Shown one piece after another: positions 24,994-32,000 of a stretch of 32,000 nt of DNA. The translations under genes and the position numbers were made by a program. Each line of letters begins with the position of its first letter. Positions within the stretch are counted from its first letter, which is position 1. This DNA comes from Nostoc sp. PCC 7120 = FACHB-418 (GTDB lineage: Bacteria; Cyanobacteriota; Cyanobacteriia; Cyanobacteriales; Nostocaceae), in NCBI RefSeq assembly GCF_000009705.1, contig NC_003240.1:30001-62000 (forward strand), written 5' to 3'. A model generated the notes under the pieces. That model was given only the letters and a program-made list of their open reading frames with translations, did no database searches and was not told the origin of the DNA.

Positions 24994-25590
24994 ATGAATC
25001 CTTTTATCGGCTATCACCTCGCTACAAGTAATAACTTTCCTCCCTACAGTCAAAAACTCCAGGAATACTGGCTGGCAGCAAATGGGCTTTTCTTGCGATC
25101 GCATCGTCGCGAGTTAGAGGTTTGCTTGCAACTGTCTCAAACTCAAGTTGCTGGACTCCAACCCCTTGAACCCTACTTCCGTCTGAAAGTCCCAAAAGTT
25201 CCTTGCCAAGCGATCGCCGAGATTATCAATGCTGCTAGTATCAACCCCCAACAGGAAATCCTATTCTACTTGGGAGTGACAAACGACCAATGGTGGTGTC
25301 ACACACCACTGCAAACTGCGTCCTCTACTCACGTCTTATCTTTAGAAAGCGCACTTGATAAAAGCTATACAGATGGCTTGGTAGAAATGCACAGTCATGG
25401 AACTCTAGCTGCTTATCCTTCAAGTGCAGACAATCAGGAAGAAAAAGGCAAATTTCGAGTGTTCGCAATCATTGGCACGCTGAATAACATTCCCACAATT
25501 TATACCCGCATCGGGATATACAATCACTTTTTCGACATCAACCCCAATCAAATATTTGAACTGCCCCCACAGGTAAAATGCTTGAATTAA
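24994..25590 (+). CDS. JAB/MPN (JAMM) metallopeptidase (PRTRC protein A-like)
   Basis: Perfect JAMM motif HSHGTLAAYPSSAD (HxHx7Sx2D, nt 25390-25431). An upstream Glu candidate lies in QQEILFY. Confidence 0.8.
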   Translation: MNPFIGYHLATSNNFPPYSQKLQEYWLAANGLFLRSHRRELEVCLQLSQTQVAGLQPLEPYFRLKVPKVPCQAIAEIINAASINPQQEILFYLGVTNDQWWCHTPLQTASSTHVLSLESALDKSYTDGLVEMHSHGTLAAYPSSADNQEEKGKFRVFAIIGTLNNIPTIYTRIGIYNHFFDINPNQIFELPPQVKCLN

Positions 25591-26369
25591 CTACTTACCA
25601 ACAAGCTTTACCCGTCTTACCTCGCAATCATACTCGTATCAACTTTGTTTTAGTGGGAGTAGGAGGAACAGGCGGGTTTCTTGCAGAAGATTTATGTCGA
25701 ATTATTCTGCAACTCCAGCGCACTAGGAAAGAAATTAACTTTGCGATCGTTGATGGCGATACTGTCGAACTCAAAAATATCAGCCGCCAAAATTATCAAC
25801 AAGCTGAAATTGGACTACCAAAGGCAGAAACACTGGCTGCAAGATGCAGTGCCAAGTATGGAATAGAGATTACAGCCGTTTGCGACTGGTTTGAAGAAGA
25901 CATGATTCGCACAGCCAGTTGGTGGAATACCCTAACGGTAATTATTGGCTGTGTAGATAACAGCACAGCCAGGAGCAAAATTCACTCTGTTCTCAAAATC
26001 AACAGTGCAAATGAGCCAGCATCTCTATTTTGGCTGGATTGTGGAAACAGCAACTACTCTGGACAAGTAGTAATTGGAACGCACTCTAATTTTGATATAG
26101 TCCAAGCTTCCAATAACCCAGACAAACCTCAATTCTGGTTGCATCTTCCCTCCCCGGTGCTGGTTCACCCAGAACTGCTACTTCCTCAGCCAGAAGAACT
26201 TAGCGACAACAATCTTTCATGTGCAGAAATCCAAGCACGGAATTATCAATCACTATTCGTCAATAAAATGACGAGTGCGATCACAGCCCAGTATCTACTA
26301 GAATTAACCCTCACTGGGGGGTTGAAAAAGTTCGCTAGTACACCTCGGCGTAAATCAGCAGACCATTAA
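25578..26369 (+). CDS. ThiF/MoeB/E1-like adenylyltransferase (PRTRC ThiF-like), 3' end disrupted by IS insertion at 26337/26338
   Basis: Rossmann loop LVGVGGTGGF, then VDGDTVELKNISRQNY and GCVDNSTARSKI. The last 9 codons (TPRRKSADH*) are IS-derived. The native 31-codon tail is found at 28982-29079. Confidence 0.8.
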   Translation: MLELTTYQQALPVLPRNHTRINFVLVGVGGTGGFLAEDLCRIILQLQRTRKEINFAIVDGDTVELKNISRQNYQQAEIGLPKAETLAARCSAKYGIEITAVCDWFEEDMIRTASWWNTLTVIIGCVDNSTARSKIHSVLKINSANEPASLFWLDCGNSNYSGQVVIGTHSNFDIVQASNNPDKPQFWLHLPSPVLVHPELLLPQPEELSDNNLSCAEIQARNYQSLFVNKMTSAITAQYLLELTLTGGLKKFASTPRRKSADH

Positions 26370-26427
26370 ATAGCCAAAACTTTGCCCTTATATGTCCACT
26401 TAAAAGGTTTAGCCATTGTTTTATTAA
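26366..26427 (-). pseudogene. displaced last 19 codons of the IS630 transposase (NKTMAKPFKWTYKGKVLAI*)
   Basis: Translated by hand from the minus strand. It is contiguous with FIDYF once 26428-27743 is removed. Confidence 0.75.
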
Positions 26428-27740
26428 GAGAACTGCACAGAATGATTGATCCTATGATCAGAGAAAGATAATTTCAGTGTGCAGCCTACCTCATGTCTCC
26501 AAAATCTATCATTCAACTCACAGAGAACCTAAAATCTCTTTACATCAAAACAGCGAAAAAACTCAAGGGAAGCGACCGACGACAATTCATGGCAGAAGTG
26601 GTCAAAGGTTTGGGAATTGGTGGACAGACTTTAGTAGAACGCGAGTTGGGATGGAATAGGCGTACTATCCGTAAAGGGATGCAGGAGTTGGAGAGTGGCA
26701 AGCCTTTTATTGATGGTTTTGAGCGTAGTGGACGTAAGCGGGTGGAAACAAAATTACCAAACTTGTTGGAGGATATTAAATCGTTAGTAGACCCACAAAC
26801 TCAAACTGACCCCAGTTTTAAGAGTACACGCTTATATACACGCATGACGGCAAGTGTTGTACGTCGTCAACTAATTGAACAATTTGGTTACAGTGACAAA
26901 GAACTACCTTCATCAGAGACAATTCGACGACGATTGAATGATTTGGGTTATACCTTAAAACGAGTTCTGAAAACCAAGCCTATCAAGAAGATTCCAGAAA
27001 CAGAAGCCATTTTTGAACAAGTCGAGCAAATTAATACTGAAGCTGATAATGACCCTCATACTCTCCGGATCTCCATTGATGCGAAGGTGGCAGTCAAGAT
27101 TGGAGAGTTTGACCGAGGTGGTAAAACTCGAATCCCAACTACCTCATTAGACCACGACTTTCCGACCGAGATGACTCTGATTCCCTACGGCATTTTTATA
27201 CCTGAGTACAACGAGTTATTTTTATTTTTCGTTTCTTCCAAATTAACTGCTGATTGTATTGTTGACTTGCTTGAAAGCTGGTGGCAAAATGTCAAACACC
27301 GATTTGCTCATATTCAAAAACTGGTAATTAATCAAGATAATGGACCGGAAAATCATTCTCGTCGCACTCAGTTTATGAAGCGGGTTGTAGATTTTAGCAC
27401 ATCATCTCAACTGACGTTACAACTTGCTTATTATCCGCCGTATCATAGCAAATACAACCCAATAGAACGTTGCTTTGGTTGGTTAGAACAGCATTGGAAT
27501 GGTAGTTTACTTGACACCGTTGAGACCGTACTGAATTTCGCCCAAACTCTCACATTTAAGGGTAAAAATCCGGTTGTCACACTGGTAGAAAAAGTTTACT
27601 CCACAGGAGTTAAACTTACAACTTCAGCTATGGAAGAAATTGAAACCCAGATTAACCGCCTCCCCAATCTCAAAAAATGGTTTGTGGAAATTTTTGCTAA
27701 ACCAGCATAGCTATTGGATCATCTTTTTTGTGGAGTTCTC
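26428..27740 (+). mobile_element. ISAzo13-family insertion sequence nested inside the IS630 transposase gene, TAA target duplication
   Basis: Ends are GAGAACTGCACA (26428-) and TGTGGAGTTCTC (-27740). TAA sits at 26425-27 and 27741-43. Removing the element restores the IS630 ORF ...FIDYF|NKTMAKPFKWTYKGKVLAI*. Confidence 0.8.
26493..27710 (+). CDS. ISAzo13-family DDE transposase
   Basis: 405-aa intact ORF. The N-terminal region ([36 protein letters not shown]) and the DDE region (ISIDAK...[11 protein letters not shown]...[17 protein letters not shown]) fit the family as I remember it. Confidence 0.8.
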   Translation: MSPKSIIQLTENLKSLYIKTAKKLKGSDRRQFMAEVVKGLGIGGQTLVERELGWNRRTIRKGMQELESGKPFIDGFERSGRKRVETKLPNLLEDIKSLVDPQTQTDPSFKSTRLYTRMTASVVRRQLIEQFGYSDKELPSSETIRRRLNDLGYTLKRVLKTKPIKKIPETEAIFEQVEQINTEADNDPHTLRISIDAKVAVKIGEFDRGGKTRIPTTSLDHDFPTEMTLIPYGIFIPEYNELFLFFVSSKLTADCIVDLLESWWQNVKHRFAHIQKLVINQDNGPENHSRRTQFMKRVVDFSTSSQLTLQLAYYPPYHSKYNPIERCFGWLEQHWNGSLLDTVETVLNFAQTLTFKGKNPVVTLVEKVYSTGVKLTTSAMEEIETQINRLPNLKKWFVEIFAKPA

Positions 27741-28365
27741 TAAAGTAGTCAATAAATTTGAGGATTCGATTTTTCAAATCATCTTGACTGAGGAAACTGG
27801 CTCTTCTGAGTAACTTGCGAACCAAAATACTGAACCAAATCTCAATTTGATTGAGCCACGAAGAATGTTTGGGTGTGTAATGAAACACAATTCGGTGTGC
27901 TGGGTCACTCAAAAAAGTAGTGCGGGATTTCATTGATTTAAGGATACCACTTTCTCCCTTTATACCCAGGTCAAGATTCAAACCTTCTTTTTCTGCAACT
28001 AAACGAACTAGAGACTCAGACTGATGAGTGTTCAAGCAGTCCATAATGAGATGCCATTTTTTAGCCTGGGTATCAGTTTCAATTGTTCGACGAATATGAA
28101 GAGCAAAATCAATTTCTGTTCTGGTATCTGAACAAGTCGGCTCGACAATTTGACCTGTGGCAACATCGAAGCTGGCAATTAAGCTTTGTGTACCGTGACG
28201 AATATACTCAAATTCCCTTCTTTCGACTTTGCCTGGTCGCATTGGCAAGTCTTTTTCTAATCGCTCAGTAGCTTGAATACCTGTCATTTCATCAATCGAT
28301 ATTGTCCGTTCCCCCTTTATATGACGTTCGATTGCACTGATGTATAAACCAGTAATATCTTCCAC
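27697..28365 (-). pseudogene. IS630-family transposase, DDE catalytic part (orfB), C-terminus replaced by the ISAzo13 junction
   Basis: DDE_3-type blocks [11 protein letters not shown] and [12 protein letters not shown]...[19 protein letters not shown] are present. Homology stops at FIDYF (~27744), and the following [14 protein letters not shown] is read from the ISAzo13 end. Confidence 0.75.
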
Positions 28366-28913
28366 CTTTGCATCAAATTCTTCATCTTGAGGGGGGGGGT
28401 TAACCAGTAGCGGCTCTGGTGGGGTTTAAGTTCTGCTTCTTCAAGTAATCTTCCCAGATGGCGAATAGATATGCTTTCAATAATTCCTTGTTTGATGATT
28501 TCGTCCGTTAGTTCTCTTACCGTCCAATGACTTATTGGTCTTCCGTAATCGGATGGTGGAGAACAAGCTAATGCAAACAACTCGATTACTTGTTCCATAC
28601 TAAACTTTGGGCGTGCGCCAACACGCTCAGAGTCTTGTAATCTTTGCTCAATTAATAATTCTTTCCCCTCAGTTTCTAACCATCGGTTTCGCCATAAACG
28701 CGCCGTTTGCCGATTGACATCTAAATTTCGGGCAATTTCACGATGATTTTGACCCTCTGATGCCATGAGAATTATTTTGGCTCGTAGTGCTATCTGTTGC
28801 GGCGTGTTGTGTCTGTTTATCAACTTTTGGAGTTGATCTCGTTCGCCATCGCTTAAATTTAATATTTTAGGAGTTAATCTAGCCACACCCTGATTCCTTG
28901 ATCCGTAACCCAA
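28317..28913 (-). pseudogene. IS630-family transposase, N-terminal HTH part (orfA)
   Basis: Contains the helix-turn-helix / homeodomain-like regions typical of IS630/Tc1. It ends just after a C9 tract (plus-strand G9 at 28390-28398), where the reading frame shifts. Confidence 0.75.
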
Positions 28914-28981
28914 AACGGGTTTTAACTTGATTATTTATTCTCCCACCAATATGGTCTGTTTATTTACGCCGACCTGTACTA

Positions 28982-29079
28982 GTTATTTTGACCTCACAGC
29001 AATGTCAACCCGAAGTTTATATACAAGCATTGACCAACTCAAAAAATACTATATTCTGCAAACAAATTACCACAAATAG
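28982..29079 (+). other. displaced native 3' end of the ThiF/E1-like gene (…S)YFDLTAMSTRSLYTSIDQLKKYYILQTNYHK*
   Basis: This segment is in frame with 25578-26337 after in-silico excision of 26338-28981. The restored ORF would be 285 aa. Confidence 0.7.
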
Positions 29080-29123
29080 CTTACGCAAATATATCCCAAA
29101 AACTAAATTTGGGATATATTTTT

Positions 29124-29807
29124 ATGAATCGATTTAATCACAAAACACTTGAACTAGTCGAACAAAATCCAGAATGTTTATCAACGATAAATTATCGAAA
29201 TTTAACTGTCAAAAGTGAATCTGAAGTTGCTGGCGGTCAGTTTCACCTACTCATGCAACAAATTGGGTTAGGGCTACCAGTCGAAGCTTTATTGAAGGCA
29301 TACCCCCAAATTAATAACTGGGTCGATAAGGTAAAAACTTTTCTAAATATTCCTGGCAACAAACAATGGAACGCCCAACTTCAATATTTATACCACGACA
29401 TTCTTCTCTACAGCGAGTGCGATCTCATTATCTACGGTGAAAATCAAGTAGTTGGGTTTGACTGGACAATTCAAAAACCTCCTAAATTTGAAATTCTTGA
29501 GAGAAAATGGCAAACCCAGTTGAGGTTATTTCTCCTATACGAACAAACTGGAATCCCATTGGAGCAAATTAGCCTGGTTTACTTGTTCGTTAACACTGAT
29601 AGTATTTACCAGTTTACTTATTCTGAAGATAAACATTTGAATTTCAAAGCCCGGCTAGAAGAAACACTCGCGCCTTTTGTAGAAGATGATAAGGAGAAAA
29701 AACTTTTAACCCACAAAATGACCCCTCAAGAAGCACATGATAAATGGCTAGCAAAAGAAATATCAACTATGGAATATTTAGCAGCAATTCCTGAAGTTGA
29801 GATATGA
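29124..29807 (+). CDS. hypothetical protein, possible PD-(D/E)xK (RecB/Cas4-like) nuclease fold
   Basis: ATG at 29124 (the ORF track gives TTG at 29109). GGQFHLLMQQ, then ECDLIIYGENQVVGFDWTIQK, resemble the H...D...(D/E)xK arrangement. The assignment is weak. Confidence 0.45.
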   Translation: MNRFNHKTLELVEQNPECLSTINYRNLTVKSESEVAGGQFHLLMQQIGLGLPVEALLKAYPQINNWVDKVKTFLNIPGNKQWNAQLQYLYHDILLYSECDLIIYGENQVVGFDWTIQKPPKFEILERKWQTQLRLFLLYEQTGIPLEQISLVYLFVNTDSIYQFTYSEDKHLNFKARLEETLAPFVEDDKEKKLLTHKMTPQEAHDKWLAKEISTMEYLAAIPEVEI

Positions 29808-30151
29808 ATCCAACAGAATTAAATATCACGAAAATCGAACTCACTCCTAACAGTGGTTGGACGCTCAATATTCTCTCGCGTCGGGTAGCGACTATTACCG
29901 ACCCCTTGGGAAATAGAAAAACCAGCTATTTCGGGTTCGATACCAAAGAACAAGCCGAAAAGTTTAGAGATTGGCTTGTCAGAAAAAACAAATGTAGTAG
30001 TGCAGTTATCCGTCACTCAGAACGATTAGCTACTGAATGGGAGGTAAAAGCTTGGAATGTTCCAACCTCCCTAATTCTTGAATGCGCCGTCAAAGATTTA
30101 AAGGAATCAAGCAATGCAACTATCTCTACTAAATCTACCCTACAACGATGA
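29804..30151 (+). CDS. hypothetical protein (115 aa)
   Basis: ATG overlaps the upstream stop (ATGA at 29804-29807). No family recognised. Confidence 0.5.
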   Translation: MNPTELNITKIELTPNSGWTLNILSRRVATITDPLGNRKTSYFGFDTKEQAEKFRDWLVRKNKCSSAVIRHSERLATEWEVKAWNVPTSLILECAVKDLKESSNATISTKSTLQR

Positions 30152-31169
30152 TAATTCACCCATAGCAGATATTTTTAATATTCCTAACTTAGAAAAAGCA
30201 GAATTCCTCCGTAATTTAGCTGCTTCCATGCAGCCAACAATCGACCAAAAGAAAAATCCTGCAATTGGAAATCAAAGGGTAACAAAGCGTCGTAAAACTA
30301 TAGTCCAAGGGATAATTCAAGAAGGAATTGAACTTGAGATTATCCAGTCTTGGTTATTTGCGATCGCACAAATGTGGGAAACAGGAAATATCCCATTAAT
30401 ACTACGCGGTATATCTCACAAATCGCAAGTAGAAGCCCTATTTAGGATTTCCCAAATGGGAGAAACAATTCAGAAAGTCCACGAAAAATTGGCAGGCGAA
30501 TATTACCAAGACTGGGTAAAGTCTTTAAGTCGCGCCGGATTACATACACCAAGCGAAATCATATCCGCAATAACAGAAATTCAACAGGTAGTAAAACCTG
30601 AAGCAATTGATACTACTAAGGAACTACTCAATAAGCTTGAGTTAGAAATCATTGACATGAAAGATGAAGATTTCTTCCCTACTCCTAAACTAGTCTGTCA
30701 ACGGCTTATTCAACTGGCAGATATTAAACCAAATTGGCAAATTTTAGAGCCTAGTGCTGGTAGTGGAAATATTGCTGAGTATATCACTAATACCTACCCT
30801 AATGTTCAACTAGAGGTGGTTGAGATTAATTACGATTTACGACAAATTCTAGAACTCAAAGGATTTAATCTCGTAGGGAAAAACTTTCTGGAGTTTAACC
30901 CCAGTCATTTATACAATGCCTGTATCATGAATCCTCCATTTTGTGAACTTGTCCAACATATCTACCAGGCTTGGAAGTTACTCGTAACAGGTGGTGTATT
31001 AGTTTCAGTTATACCTGAATCAGTTTTCTTCAATCGTAAGTACAAAACCTTCAAAGGCTGGCTACAAGCCAATAATAGCTATGTAGAAATGGTAGATAAA
31101 GATGCCTTTTTGAGTTCAAATAACCCTACGAATGTAGCTACCAGAATCATTAAACTCATTAAACCATAG
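30114..31169 (+). CDS. class I SAM-dependent methyltransferase with (D/N)PP(Y/F) motif, probable orphan N6-adenine DNA methyltransferase
   Basis: Motif I ILEPSAGSGNIAEY and motif IV CIMNPPF lie ~65 aa apart. The ~200-aa N-terminal region is of unknown family. Confidence 0.7.
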   Translation: MQLSLLNLPYNDDNSPIADIFNIPNLEKAEFLRNLAASMQPTIDQKKNPAIGNQRVTKRRKTIVQGIIQEGIELEIIQSWLFAIAQMWETGNIPLILRGISHKSQVEALFRISQMGETIQKVHEKLAGEYYQDWVKSLSRAGLHTPSEIISAITEIQQVVKPEAIDTTKELLNKLELEIIDMKDEDFFPTPKLVCQRLIQLADIKPNWQILEPSAGSGNIAEYITNTYPNVQLEVVEINYDLRQILELKGFNLVGKNFLEFNPSHLYNACIMNPPFCELVQHIYQAWKLLVTGGVLVSVIPESVFFNRKYKTFKGWLQANNSYVEMVDKDAFLSSNNPTNVATRIIKLIKP

Positions 31170-31249
31170 TGTACTACAAGCGCATGGCATACTGCCAAAT
31201 TGATAAAACTAAATATGTCACGTATATTTTCCCTATATGGGGACAATAT

Positions 31250-31387
31250 ATGAGATACAAAATCCTTACACAGCAAGAGTTAGAAGTAGCACTCAATAAG
31301 TGCAAGCTTGCTGGTTGGAAGGTCAGTAATATCACCAAACTTAGTAATAAAATGCTTGAAATCAAACCCCAACGAACAAGGAGATAA
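31250..31387 (+). CDS. small hypothetical protein (45 aa; longer GTG-start version 31169-31387 less likely)
   Basis: ATG at 31250 is preceded by GGGGA. This is a short ORF and weakly supported. Confidence 0.3.
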   Translation: MRYKILTQQELEVALNKCKLAGWKVSNITKLSNKMLEIKPQRTRR

Positions 31388-31389
31388 AT

Positions 31390-31677
31390 ATGGCAATTGA
31401 AACTATTGCTTCTTATAGATTTATTCCTGGTAAAGACAGTCAAATAACCAGTTATGGATCTCCTGAAGAACAAACAGTCGCAATTCATAATTCAAGCATG
31501 GCATCTGTGTCACTGACTTTCACAACTGAAAACACATCTGTTCTTAGACAAATTATCATCAGTCTTCAGCAAATATACCAGACACTTATAAATACTAAAA
31601 CTGAAATTATTCAGGAAGATAATTGCATTGACAGCTTTACAAACTTAAGGGGAGAGTGTGATGAAAAGTTTATCTAA
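31390..31677 (+). CDS. hypothetical protein (95 aa)
   Basis: ATG lies 2 nt after the previous stop and is preceded by AAGGAG. A strong terminator follows. Confidence 0.5.
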   Translation: MAIETIASYRFIPGKDSQITSYGSPEEQTVAIHNSSMASVSLTFTTENTSVLRQIIISLQQIYQTLINTKTEIIQEDNCIDSFTNLRGECDEKFI

Positions 31678-31702
31678 ATAACTAAGCATCAATCAATCTT
31701 TT

Positions 31703-31736
31703 AAGTCGTCTTAATAACAGACGACTTTTATTTTTT
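31703..31736 (+). terminator. Rho-independent terminator
   Basis: AAGTCGTCT (31703-31711) pairs with AGACGACTT (31719-31727) across a 7-nt loop. TTATTTTTT follows. Confidence 0.8.
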
Positions 31737-31788
31737 ACAACGACTTTTTGCTTTACGCATTAAATATTGATTTCCATTAATTAAAATT

Positions 31789-32000
31789 ATGGCAAGGAAT
31801 CAAACAAAGCCTACTAATTCTGCTACTGAAGAAAGCACAGTATCCCAGTCTGAACCCCCTGAACAAACAGTTCAGAATAGTACAAACATACAAAAGCGTA
31901 AATTAGCTATTTCTAAATTTGCAAATCCTGAGTACAATGCGCCGATTAGTAACATCTGCATCTGCCAAGTCATTAACCACATGGAAGCAGAAAAAGTCGG
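31789..32000 (+). CDS. hypothetical protein, 5' partial (runs off the window)
   Basis: ATG at 31789 opens a frame with no stop for 70 codons to the window end (MARNQTKPTNSATEES...). The function is not assignable. Confidence 0.4.
   Translation, partial: MARNQTKPTNSATEESTVSQSEPPEQTVQNSTNIQKRKLAISKFANPEYNAPISNICICQVINHMEAEKV

Larger units (their letters stand above)
26338..28979 (-). mobile_element. IS630-family insertion sequence (inactivated), flanked by TA target duplication
   Basis: Terminal inverted repeats are GTACACCTCGGCGTAAATCAGCAGACCAT (26338-26366) and ATGGTCTGTTTATTTACGCCGACCTGTAC (28951-28979). These match at 25 of 29 positions. TA sits at 26336-26337 and 28980-28981. The internal transposase reads on the minus strand. 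Confidence 0.85.

Noticed and set aside
26477-26659. 60-aa ORF overlapping the 5' end of the ISAzo13 transposase gene in another frame.
   Set aside because: It is fully overlapped by the 405-aa transposase ORF, which has clear family similarity. This is a shadow ORF.
31169-31249. GTG-initiated 5' extension of the small ORF 31169-31387.
   Set aside because: The extension (MYYKRMAYCQIDKTKYVTYIFPIWGQY) overlaps the methyltransferase stop and looks non-coding. The ATG at 31250 with an upstream GGGGA is more plausible.
1-32000. Search for CRISPR arrays, tRNA/rRNA genes and long tandem repeats.
   Set aside because: No regularly spaced direct repeats, cloverleaf-like segments or rRNA-like conserved stretches were seen on either strand.

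Overview
This is a gene-dense 32-kb window with almost all genes on the + strand. It is AT-rich by eye. It carries 12 copies of the cyanobacterial HIP1 octamer GCGATCGC, and GC-rich small dispersed repeats sit in frame inside genes. Together these read as a conjugative plasmid or integrative element of a filamentous (Nostocales-type) cyanobacterium. Left third (1-9312): a type IV secretion / mating-pair-formation operon. It encodes a possible VirB8-like protein, a VirB10/TrbI-like protein, a possible VirB9-like protein, a membrane protein, a VirD4/TraG coupling ATPase and an 829-aa acidic protein. I could not recognise a relaxase. Middle (9529-21521): accessory cargo. This includes a tRNA-guanine-transglycosylase/DpdA-like protein fused to a DUF6884-like domain and a Zn-ribbon phage-type protein. 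It also includes a divergent FolD-like gene split by an ~85-nt inverted-repeat element, a GT2 glycosyltransferase, and a terminator-flanked DEAD/DEAH helicase with a C-terminal DUF1998/MZB zinc domain. Right third (21589-29079): a Prim-Pol/PriCT-2 primase followed by a tightly coupled six-gene cassette. The cassette encodes a protein ending in the beta-clamp motif QLSLF, a ubiquitin-like protein with a C-terminal extension, an unknown protein, an E2/UBC-like protein, a JAMM/JAB peptidase and a ThiF/E1-like enzyme. This PRTRC-type prokaryotic ubiquitin-like system is the most interesting candidate system in the window. Its E1 gene is cut 31 codons before its end by an IS630-family element that itself carries a nested ISAzo13-family element. 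The window ends with a PD-(D/E)xK-like protein, an NPPF-motif SAM methyltransferase and small ORFs. I saw no rRNA, tRNA or CRISPR array. All family assignments are by-eye motif recognition; no searches were run.
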